Assembly: GCA_002392285.1 (NCBI GenBank)
Contig: DGGR01000013.1
Span: forward strand, 1-21,470
Direction: 5' to 3'
Origin: Verrucomicrobia bacterium UBA3869
GTDB taxonomy: Bacteria > Verrucomicrobiota > Verrucomicrobiia > Opitutales > UBA9783
DNA: 21,470 bases
In this document: positions 8,468 to 15,653 of the stretch, piece by piece
Layout: the number at the start of each line of letters is the position of its first letter
How positions within the stretch are numbered: position 1 is the first letter of the stretch
Translations under genes and position numbers: made by a program
The notes under the pieces: model-generated
What the model saw: the letters and a program-made list of their open reading frames with translations, nothing else
Database searches by the model: none
What the model was told of the DNA's origin: nothing

Positions 8468-9433
8468 TTATTTATGTTTTCTCATTTTTAAGGGTAATTG
8501 TAGGGTCTTATTACCGCGAATGACGGTAAACCACAAAACACCTTGATCGGCTGCTAAAAATAGATAATTCTTTAAATCCTCCAGCGTGTACAATTCTACT
8601 CCATTGAGATGGGTTAAAATATCGCCTACTTTGAATTTGTACTGTTCCCCAGGGGAACCCGCGTCAATCGATACGATGCGCAAACATACCTGATGTTGTT
8701 GTTTATCCCAACAGGTTTCTACATGCATGCCCGCATAGCCATGGGGTACGTGGCCAAGAATAAGCAGATTTTGATAAATCCGTTCTAAGGCCCATTGAGG
8801 TATATAAAACGTTTCCCTTGTCCCTTCAATAGCGTGCAGCAGCATACCATAGAGATTCCCTTGTCGGTTTAATACCGCTCCGCCACTATCTCCTGATTCA
8901 ATTGGTAAAGTTGAACGCACATAGGTAATAGGAAATTCATGCCCTAGGCAACGGTCACACATATCGGTTACGTAACCCTTTTGAGGGGCTACCGCTTGGC
9001 CTAATTTACAGGATAAACTAACAATGCTTTCGCCGATTTTTACCGGTGGCACCGATCGCATTAAAGAGAAACAAGGTACAGTTTGTTCCTTTGAAAGATT
9101 TGCTTTTAGTAAGCAAATCGAAAGGATTTCGTCCTCCCCTATTTTTTGTGCAGTTGTGATCTGCCCCATTGCGGTTTCAACATAAAAATCGCTTCCGTGG
9201 GTTACTGCCGTTAAAATATAGCCATCAGGGCTAACGAAAAAGCCGCTCAAAAAACATGGCTTACCCTCTTTGGTGCATCGAACACGTACACAACAAGGGC
9301 TGTAATTATTAAATAATTCAATAAGGGATTGTTTTGCTGGCGATGAGTCTACCGTTGGCTCTTCGTACGCTAGTAGCGTGCTGCTAAGGGATAATCCAAT
9401 AGAAATGCTTAAAATGCTCTTAATCAACCGCAT
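8468..9433 (-). CDS. Secreted trypsin-fold (S1C, DegS/HtrA-like) serine protease with one C-terminal PDZ domain
   Basis: There is an N-terminal signal or anchor sequence (MRLIKSILSISIGLSLSSTLLA). The triad candidates are His (YILTAVTHG), Asp (DEILSICLLKA) and Ser (GDSGGAVLN). The PDZ-like C-terminus reads SPGEQYKFKVGDILTHLNGVEL. Confidence 0.8.
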   Translation of the reverse strand: MRLIKSILSISIGLSLSSTLLAYEEPTVDSSPAKQSLIELFNNYSPCCVRVRCTKEGKPCFLSGFFVSPDGYILTAVTHGSDFYVETAMGQITTAQKIGEDEILSICLLKANLSKEQTVPCFSLMRSVPPVKIGESIVSLSCKLGQAVAPQKGYVTDMCDRCLGHEFPITYVRSTLPIESGDSGGAVLNRQGNLYGMLLHAIEGTRETFYIPQWALERIYQNLLILGHVPHGYAGMHVETCWDKQQHQVCLRIVSIDAGSPGEQYKFKVGDILTHLNGVELYTLEDLKNYLFLAADQGVLWFTVIRGNKTLQLPLKMRKHK

Positions 9434-9459
9434 AGCTTTTTACCTCTATCGAATTTTCA

Positions 9460-9849
9460 TTAAAAATGAAAACCATTAGCGGTAAGCGAGGCAACTTTTT
9501 TCTGAGAGCATAAAAGGTTATCAATTCCTTTATCATTTAACGTTGGTACTTGATCAACCGATGAATAGAAGCAGCTTGCGAGCATGTTTGGTTGATTCAA
9601 CGAGATAAAACGAGGATGTTGGACTCCTAACGCATACAGCATTCCAATCATCACCATGCAGATAGCGGTAACGGGAAATAAACGCCGCATCCATACAACC
9701 AAGTTGTGAATAGGTGAAATCGGTGCTGGGGTTACCGACGCCAACTGTTGTTGCAAACGAGCATCAAATTCGTCCCAAAATGCTTCTGTTGGCATTTCGT
9801 AACGTTTTACCTGTAATAATTGGCTTAAATTAAATTCTTTCCGATTCAT
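9460..9849 (-). CDS. Putative membrane-spanning anti-sigma factor
   Basis: 129 aa overlapping the sigma gene stop by 20 nt. It has one TM helix (LFPVTAICMVMIGMLYALGV). It has no ZAS motif. The assignment rests on position and topology only. Confidence 0.5.
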   Translation of the reverse strand: MNRKEFNLSQLLQVKRYEMPTEAFWDEFDARLQQQLASVTPAPISPIHNLVVWMRRLFPVTAICMVMIGMLYALGVQHPRFISLNQPNMLASCFYSSVDQVPTLNDKGIDNLLCSQKKVASLTANGFHF

Positions 9850-10447
9850 CTTTGAGATAAGGTAATAATGAGTGTTTTAATTGTTCTTTTGCATAATGCA
9901 AGCGTGAACGCACAGTTCCTTCTGTACAATGTAAAATTTGTGCAATTTCTTTATGACTCAAACCTTCTATTTCAAATAAAACAATAACTGTTCTATGTAT
10001 AGAAGACAGATTTTGTAGCGATTCGTTCAATTTTTCTTGTAATTCTTTTAATAATAAAGCTCGGTCTCCTGGTTTTGCGTTTTTATCTAGGTTTAAAAAT
10101 TCCGCGACTCCTTCCTCATTGGCTAGGGGTTCGAGTGCTATTGATGCGCGTTTTTTATTCTTTTCGATAAAATTGAGCGTCAGGTTGATTGCGATACGAT
10201 AAAGCCACGTGTAGAAATTGGATTCTCCTTTGAATTGTTTAATGGATTGAAAGGCTTTGATAAATACGTTTTGCAACATGTCCGCCGCATCCTCTTTATT
10301 GCTAACCATGTTGTAAATAATGCGGTACAAGCACCGTTGATACTTGCGTACAATAAAATCAAATGCGTGGGTATTCCCGGCCTTAAACCGTTCTAGCCAT
10401 TGTAGATCCTCATCATTACTCCCATTTGATTTTGGATCGGCATTCAT
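9830..10447 (-). CDS. ECF (RpoE-like) RNA polymerase sigma factor
   Basis: 205 aa. Region 2 reads DMLQNVFIKAF...FYTWLYRIAINL. The region 4 HTH reads GLSHKEIAQILHCTEGTVRSRLHYAKEQL. Confidence 0.9.
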   Translation of the reverse strand: MNADPKSNGSNDEDLQWLERFKAGNTHAFDFIVRKYQRCLYRIIYNMVSNKEDAADMLQNVFIKAFQSIKQFKGESNFYTWLYRIAINLTLNFIEKNKKRASIALEPLANEEGVAEFLNLDKNAKPGDRALLLKELQEKLNESLQNLSSIHRTVIVLFEIEGLSHKEIAQILHCTEGTVRSRLHYAKEQLKHSLLPYLKDESERI

Positions 10448-10461
10448 ATTACAACCTTTTT

Positions 10462-10490
10462 AAGGTAGCGCACGTTTGGTATTCGGTCAA
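10462..10490 (-). promoter_or_regulatory. Possible sigma70-type promoter for the ECF sigma gene (TTGACC-N17-TACCTT)
   Basis: The minus strand reads ttgacc(10490..10485)-17 nt-tacctt(10467..10462), 14 nt before the ATG. I could not find a typical ECF AAC...CGT-type motif. Confidence 0.25.
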
Positions 10491-10516
10491 ATATCGATAC
10501 AGAACCTTAGTGTATT

Positions 10517-11368
10517 TTATACAAAAATTTTGTCCAAAACCTTCTTTTGAAGTAACGGGTGCATAAAATGATAAGTAATCCCCAAGTGCGTTTCTTGTTC
10601 TTGAGTTGGTAGATGGCTTAAGGTACCGAATTGTTTCAGCACCTTTTGAAGACATAAAGCTCGGATAACCGGATCGTAAAAAGAGAAAATTAATCGATAC
10701 AGCGTTTTTAAATCAGCGGATTGTGGCTTGGCTAATTGCACAGGCTCGCAAGCTGCGGTTGTAATCAGATGTCCTTCATCCAACTCGGGAACCATATAGA
10801 AGCATGATGCCCCTGGTTTGCCATTGAGTAAGGTTGACCATAAGAGGCCATCTGCTCCCCGTATATAGGGTAAAACCGCTGGATGTACATGCACAAATTC
10901 GGTATTGGGCAACGTTAAAATTCGACGCGCTACAAGGCCGCCACCGGTAAACAGATACGTTTCTGACCCAAAGGATTGCAGCAATTGAAATAATGTGTCG
11001 CTTTTCCAGCCATCCGTTTCCCAATCGCAGTATAGCACTTCGTTTGCACATGTACTGAGTTTTTGATCGTTGACAAAAAAGATATCAAAAAAATCCGCTG
11101 GTAATTGATAGGCCTCGCAGATGCGCTCCGTAATCGGTTTCGCTAAGCCATTATGTTGAAAAGTATTAGGCCAATAGTTGTTTCGTACAGAATCTTTGGT
11201 GCATAGAAGCGGATTACGTAAGCTTTTCGGCATCCATTTCCACTTTTGTTCTCCGTTGAAGCATTTAATGATGCGTTTAACGCGAAATCCGCACTGTTTG
11301 ATAACTGCTAAATAAGCGCGCGCTATAGGGCTTTCGAAGAGTAATACCGTACAGTTTAACGTTTGCAT
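10517..11368 (-). CDS. Formyltransferase-fold protein, atypical (H-x-H in place of N-x-H; long N-terminal insertion)
   Basis: 283 aa. The core FVHVHPAVLPYIRGADGLLWSTLLNGKPGASCFYMVPELDEGHLI aligns by eye with the Fmt/PurN catalytic core (xNxHxSLLPxxRG ... ELD.G). The start at ATG 11368 overlaps the upstream ORF by 13 nt. Confidence 0.6.
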   Translation of the reverse strand: MQTLNCTVLLFESPIARAYLAVIKQCGFRVKRIIKCFNGEQKWKWMPKSLRNPLLCTKDSVRNNYWPNTFQHNGLAKPITERICEAYQLPADFFDIFFVNDQKLSTCANEVLYCDWETDGWKSDTLFQLLQSFGSETYLFTGGGLVARRILTLPNTEFVHVHPAVLPYIRGADGLLWSTLLNGKPGASCFYMVPELDEGHLITTAACEPVQLAKPQSADLKTLYRLIFSFYDPVIRALCLQKVLKQFGTLSHLPTQEQETHLGITYHFMHPLLQKKVLDKIFV

Positions 11369-11754
11369 AACTCTGCCTCAATCGATGAATATAGCTGCCC
11401 TACGAACTCATGGGTATTTGGATGTACATCCCGTACTTTCAGTAGCGTATTAATGGCTTTATAACGGATGCCAGCGTCTGATTGTGAGCTGAAATAGGCT
11501 AAAATCCAGATGATTTTCAACCAATTGTTATCGTCTAGCTGTTCATCTGACGTCGGACGTAGATCCTTAATGTCGTCGTATGCAACGAACAGCTGACCTT
11601 TAATGTCGATTTTCCTACAAAGACGATGAAGAAAGGGTTCTTTTGGGGTCGGAAATTGAGCTTTTATCTCATCGATAAAATTCCCAACCTGTGTGCTCGC
11701 TAATGTTTGTACATAGCTTTGAAACTGAGACAAAAGCTCAATAGATACGCCCAT
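11356..11754 (-). CDS. Hypothetical protein, 132 aa, no recognisable domain
   Basis: Intact ORF with an ATG start, co-directional with its neighbours, 45 nt after metK and overlapping the next gene by 13 nt. It is predicted mostly helical and slightly acidic, with no TM helix or signal peptide. Confidence 0.55.
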   Translation of the reverse strand: MGVSIELLSQFQSYVQTLASTQVGNFIDEIKAQFPTPKEPFLHRLCRKIDIKGQLFVAYDDIKDLRPTSDEQLDDNNWLKIIWILAYFSSQSDAGIRYKAINTLLKVRDVHPNTHEFVGQLYSSIEAELCKR

Positions 11755-11799
11755 AGAGGTTGTTTTTTTAGCCTACAAAACAACTTAACCTGAATGCTG

Positions 11800-12948
11800 T
11801 TAGCAGCAGGCGCATTTTAATGCTTCAACGCAATCGGTTTGTTCCCACGGCAAGTCAGCTTTGGTGAAGTGACCAAATTGTGTTGTCTTCCGATAAATCG
11901 GTTGGAACATCTTGAGGCGTTTCAAAAATACACCAGGACGGGCATCAAATACCTCTGGCAAAGCTTTTTGTAGCTTTTGTAGATCGCAATGTTCGGTACC
12001 GTAGGTTGTTAAGTCGTAATTAATGGGTGTGGTTCCACCAATGGTATAGGCTAGGCGAACCTCAACCCGATCGGCTAATTTAGCTGCGACAATGTTTTTT
12101 GCTACCCACCGGCAGAAATAAGCGCCCGAACGATCTACCTTAGAAGGATCTTTGCCCGAGAAAGCTCCTCCGCCATGATGCGCCCAACCACCATAGGTGT
12201 CTACAATAATTTTACGGCCAGTAAGCCCCGAGTCCGCTTCAGGCCCACCGTAAACAAAACTACCGCTAGAATTGATGTAAAATTGGGTATCCTTTGTTAG
12301 GTATTGGCTTGGGATAACCGCAGGGATGATTTCCTTTTCGCAAAATGCAACAATGTCTTGTTGAGAAACATCTGCGCTGTGTTGTGTGGAAATGACTAAA
12401 TTTTCGATAGCGACTGGATTCCAACCATCATAAGCCATAGTAACCATGGATTTGCAATCGGGTCGTAACCACTTAACTCCATTGATCTTACGTTCATCGG
12501 ACAGTTTTTTGCAAAGCTTATGCGCTAATACATAAGGGAGAGGCAAGAATTCTTCTGTTTCATTGCAGGCGTATCCGAAGAAAAACCCTTGATCACCCGC
12601 GCCGATTTCTTCGGTGTCTTTCGATACAGCGTTGTTGATTTCTTGAGATTGCGCTGTGAGCAAGTTAAGGACAAAAACTTTATCTGCACTAAAAGCCATT
12701 TCTGGGTAAGTATACCCGATTTCGCGAATCGCATTACGTACCACTTCTTCGGTATTAAAACGAGCGTTGGTTGTAATTTCTCCTGCGAGCACAACGCAGT
12801 TGGATTTGACTAGGGTTTCACATGCTACATGGGAAGCTGGATCCTGAGCCAAACAAGCATCTAAAATGGAATCAGATATATAATCGGCCACTTTATCGGG
12901 ATGTCCTTCACCGACACTTTCGGACGACATATGATTAAGTTGTGTCAT
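11800..12948 (-). CDS. metK: S-adenosylmethionine synthetase
   Basis: 382 aa. It carries [30 protein letters not shown] and [19 protein letters not shown]. These are the canonical MetK motifs. Confidence 0.95.
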   Translation of the reverse strand: MTQLNHMSSESVGEGHPDKVADYISDSILDACLAQDPASHVACETLVKSNCVVLAGEITTNARFNTEEVVRNAIREIGYTYPEMAFSADKVFVLNLLTAQSQEINNAVSKDTEEIGAGDQGFFFGYACNETEEFLPLPYVLAHKLCKKLSDERKINGVKWLRPDCKSMVTMAYDGWNPVAIENLVISTQHSADVSQQDIVAFCEKEIIPAVIPSQYLTKDTQFYINSSGSFVYGGPEADSGLTGRKIIVDTYGGWAHHGGGAFSGKDPSKVDRSGAYFCRWVAKNIVAAKLADRVEVRLAYTIGGTTPINYDLTTYGTEHCDLQKLQKALPEVFDARPGVFLKRLKMFQPIYRKTTQFGHFTKADLPWEQTDCVEALKCACC

Positions 12949-13817
12949 TTCTTTTTACTTTCTTTGTAGGTTAAAAATAATGCGCATGGAGCTATAATGG
13001 CAAACCCGCAGCATGTTGGTAGGGTTAATTTTTCCGAGAAGAAGACATAACCCATCAGTGCTGAAATAATGAAATCGCAGTATTGGAAGGGTGCTAAGGC
13101 TGATGCGTCCATGTATGAAAATGCTTTCAACAAACAATAAAAAAATAAATTTGCTCCGATGCCCAGCCCTAAAATTACCCATAAGTTATTCCATAACCCT
13201 GTAAAAAAAGTACAGGTTGTATTCTTGTACGCAGGATAGATGCTGAATATAAACGCACATAAGGCGGTATAAAACAGCATATTAATCATGGATTCTTTGC
13301 AGATATACTTTTTATTATAAATATCTACCAGCGAGAACATGAATGCGGACAATAACAGAATGCTGACGTATTTTCCCGACATATCGCTTGGGTTGAGGAC
13401 AATCAAAAGCCCGCTGAAAGCGATTAGGGTGGTTATCCATCGGCTACGGCTGCTGTGTTCATGCAGTAAGGGGACGGAAAATATTAGGGTAAAAAACGGA
13501 ACAGCATAATTCAATACCACTGCTGTATTGATGGCCACATATTGCAATCCGTAGCAACGGAGCCAGATGGCGCCAAACAACAAAAGTCCACGGAAGATAT
13601 GCACTTTCCAATAGGGAGTAATGCCAAAACCGTCTTGTAGCCATTGATGCATCAGAAAAGGAACGAGCACCAACGAAGCCAATAGGTAACGATAAAACGT
13701 GACTTCGGCGCCGCTTAACGACTGACCGGCTTTTTTGGATAGCACATCCAAACTGACACTGACGATTAAGCTTAAGAAAAACCAACTTAATCCACGAAAG
13801 GTATTTTTACTTTCCAT
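12945..13817 (-). CDS. EamA/DMT-superfamily transporter (10 TM)
   Basis: 290 aa and highly hydrophobic, with the two-fold EamA-like organisation. Its stop TGA (12947..12945) overlaps the metK ATG (12948..12946). Confidence 0.8.
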   Translation of the reverse strand: MESKNTFRGLSWFFLSLIVSVSLDVLSKKAGQSLSGAEVTFYRYLLASLVLVPFLMHQWLQDGFGITPYWKVHIFRGLLLFGAIWLRCYGLQYVAINTAVVLNYAVPFFTLIFSVPLLHEHSSRSRWITTLIAFSGLLIVLNPSDMSGKYVSILLLSAFMFSLVDIYNKKYICKESMINMLFYTALCAFIFSIYPAYKNTTCTFFTGLWNNLWVILGLGIGANLFFYCLLKAFSYMDASALAPFQYCDFIISALMGYVFFSEKLTLPTCCGFAIIAPCALFLTYKESKKK

Positions 13818-13829
13818 TACTTATAAGTA
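13818..13829. promoter_or_regulatory. Perfect 12-bp palindrome TACTTATAAGTA in the 29-bp divergent intergenic region
   Basis: It directly abuts the DMT ATG (13817) and is self-complementary over all 12 positions. TATAA(G/A/C) -10-like hexamers lie on both strands. Confidence 0.3.
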
Positions 13830-13846
13830 GTTATAAAAATGAAAAT

Positions 13847-15022
13847 ATGAAGGATAAAATGGGTAAGAGCAAGCATTTTCCTATGCCATTGGTTTTCTTG
13901 GTGGCTTTGGTGGGGTCGATTGTAAGCGAACCCATGATCCCCTACTCTATTAAAACTATCCTGTATGCAATTAGTTTAACTATTAAAGAGGGGTTAATCT
14001 TTTGCTTACCGTTCGTTATCTTTTCCCTCATCATTACTTCGATGGTTCGTCTGGGCGCGAAAGCCTTGAAGTCAATTGTGCTAATTTTACCACTTATTTG
14101 TCTTTCGAATTTCTGTAATACGTGGCTATCTTATTGGGCGTTTATAGCACTTCCCCATAAAAGTTGGCAGTTAACGGGGGCTATCACTACTGCTAGCCAA
14201 TTGATACCTGCGTTTTCCATTAAATTATCACCTTTGGTTTCCAACAACTGTGCATTGATATCAGGGGTATGTTTGGGTTTTGCCTTAGGAATTATCCCAA
14301 TAAATGTATCAAAGTTCATAGGGGTGTTGGGGCGTTTTTGTACTTTGTTTTTTAAGTGCTTAATCCCGATTATGCCTCTATTTATCATTGGTACGGTTAT
14401 CAAATTACAAAGTGATGGGGTTTTAACTGCGATTGTTAGGGGTTATTTGCCTGTTTTGCTGGTGTTTTTCTGTACATCCTTTGGTTTGGTGCTGCTTGAA
14501 TTTGCAGTTTTATCGCACTTTAAACTAGCTACTTTTTTGTATTATTTAAAAAATGTTATTCCAGCGGTTATTACTGCTTTTAGCTCTATGTCGAGCGCTG
14601 CTGCCTTGCCGCTATCCATAAAGGCTGCTGAAAAAAACGTAACAGATGAGAAGAATGCCGCTATCATTATTCCCTCTAGCGTCAATATTCATTTGGTGGG
14701 TGATTGCTTTTTTATCCCTATGGTTGCCCTGGCGGTTATGACTTCATTCGGCATGGAATTTCCCGATGCTTACTGTTATTTGCCCTTTGCCTTTCATTTT
14801 ATCTTGGCAAAGTTTGCGGTTGCAGCGGTTCCGGGCGGCGGGGTACTGGTCATGCTGCCGATTATGCAACATTATTTGGGGCTCAACGCAGATATGTTAG
14901 CTTTGGTAACTGCGCTTTACATCCTGTTCGATCCCATTATCACATCGTGCAACGTAACAGGAAATGGTGCTCTGGCGATTATCTTTGACCGGTTAGCGAA
15001 CAAGTTGAAGCTGAACAAATAG
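13847..15022 (+). CDS. Sodium:dicarboxylate symporter (SDF/DAACS, GltP-like) family transporter, divergent
   Basis: It has HP1-like AFSSMSSAAALPLS, HP2-like AAVPGGGVLVM and a TM8 NVTGNG motif. An alternative start at ATG 13859 is preceded by AAGGA. Confidence 0.8.
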   Translation: MKDKMGKSKHFPMPLVFLVALVGSIVSEPMIPYSIKTILYAISLTIKEGLIFCLPFVIFSLIITSMVRLGAKALKSIVLILPLICLSNFCNTWLSYWAFIALPHKSWQLTGAITTASQLIPAFSIKLSPLVSNNCALISGVCLGFALGIIPINVSKFIGVLGRFCTLFFKCLIPIMPLFIIGTVIKLQSDGVLTAIVRGYLPVLLVFFCTSFGLVLLEFAVLSHFKLATFLYYLKNVIPAVITAFSSMSSAAALPLSIKAAEKNVTDEKNAAIIIPSSVNIHLVGDCFFIPMVALAVMTSFGMEFPDAYCYLPFAFHFILAKFAVAAVPGGGVLVMLPIMQHYLGLNADMLALVTALYILFDPIITSCNVTGNGALAIIFDRLANKLKLNK

Positions 15023-15035
15023 CTTTTAACGCATA

Positions 15036-15653
15036 TTAGCGGTACTCGTTGTCCCAAAATACTTTGGCTTCCTGAAGGGTAGTTGAACGCCCATGCCCTG
15101 GGAATGCCTGCGTTGTTAGTGGCAACTGCAGCAGTTTATCGATGGAGGTTGCTAACGACTTAAAAGAGCCATCGGTTAGATCGGTTCGCCCAACCGCGTT
15201 GCAAAAAAGAGTATCGCCTGAAAATAAAATGCCGCTGCTTGCTTGATGAAACCCAACGCAACCCGCTGTATGACCCGGCAAGTGCAATACTTGAAAGGCT
15301 CCTATAAAGGTTTCGATGATTTGGTTGTCCTGAAGCCAATGGTCGGGGGTAAAAAGAGTGTATTGTGTCCCCGGAAGCATGACGCTGGGTTGATGAATAC
15401 CGTTGAACCAATCGCTATCGGCAGGATGCCCATAAAGCGTTGCGTGTAATTCCTGCTGAAATTTGGATGCATCCGCAACATGATCCCAATGCCCATGGGT
15501 TAATAATACCTGGACTTTTTTACCGATTAATAGGCTTTTTAGGGCGTCGAAGCTTTCGGGAGCTGCATCAATCACCAATGCCGAACGAGAGTCGATGGCG
15601 TAATAAACTTTGGTTTGATAAGGGCCGCAGGTAATGGACTGAAATGGGTTCAT
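15036..15653 (-). CDS. MBL-fold metallo-hydrolase (glyoxalase II-like)
   Basis: 205 aa with the HxHxDH motif (LLTHGHWDHV) and downstream His/Asp ligands (LPGHTAG, GDTLF, PGHG). It has an ATGA overlap with the dprA stop. Confidence 0.8.
   Translation of the reverse strand: MNPFQSITCGPYQTKVYYAIDSRSALVIDAAPESFDALKSLLIGKKVQVLLTHGHWDHVADASKFQQELHATLYGHPADSDWFNGIHQPSVMLPGTQYTLFTPDHWLQDNQIIETFIGAFQVLHLPGHTAGCVGFHQASSGILFSGDTLFCNAVGRTDLTDGSFKSLATSIDKLLQLPLTTQAFPGHGRSTTLQEAKVFWDNEYR

Noticed and set aside
10448-10600. ECF-type autoregulatory promoter (AAC-containing -35 with CGT-type -10) upstream of the sigma gene
   Set aside because: I could not find a convincing match on the minus strand. The GAACC at 10502..10506 is on the wrong strand. 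Only a weak sigma70-like candidate is reported.
11800-11817. MetK C-terminus ...LKCACC as a eukaryote-like prenylation (CC/CXC/CAAX) motif
   Set aside because: The codons were verified, but MetK is a cytoplasmic housekeeping enzyme with no secretion signal, and CACC is not a good CAAX box. This is most likely coincidence.
13818-13846. SAM riboswitch (SAM-I/II/V or SAM/SAH) upstream of the DMT-metK operon
   Set aside because: Only 29-41 bp of non-coding DNA lie upstream of the DMT gene, and there is none upstream of metK (ATGA overlap). That is too short for any known SAM riboswitch class, and no matching helices are visible.
10180-15634. Short ORF-track entries 10180..10362(-), 10449..10655(-), 10776..11051(-), 12525..12794(-), 12589..12813(+), 12955..13182(-), 13459..13785(-), 14131..14403(-), 14704..14988(+), 15160..15411(-), 15243..15449(+), 15302..15496(-), 15440..15634(+)
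   Set aside because: These are alternative-frame or antisense ORFs nested in the sigma, formyltransferase-like, metK, DMT, SDF and MBL genes. They have no independent motif support. 10449..10655 mostly overlaps the 3' end of the 283-aa gene out of frame.
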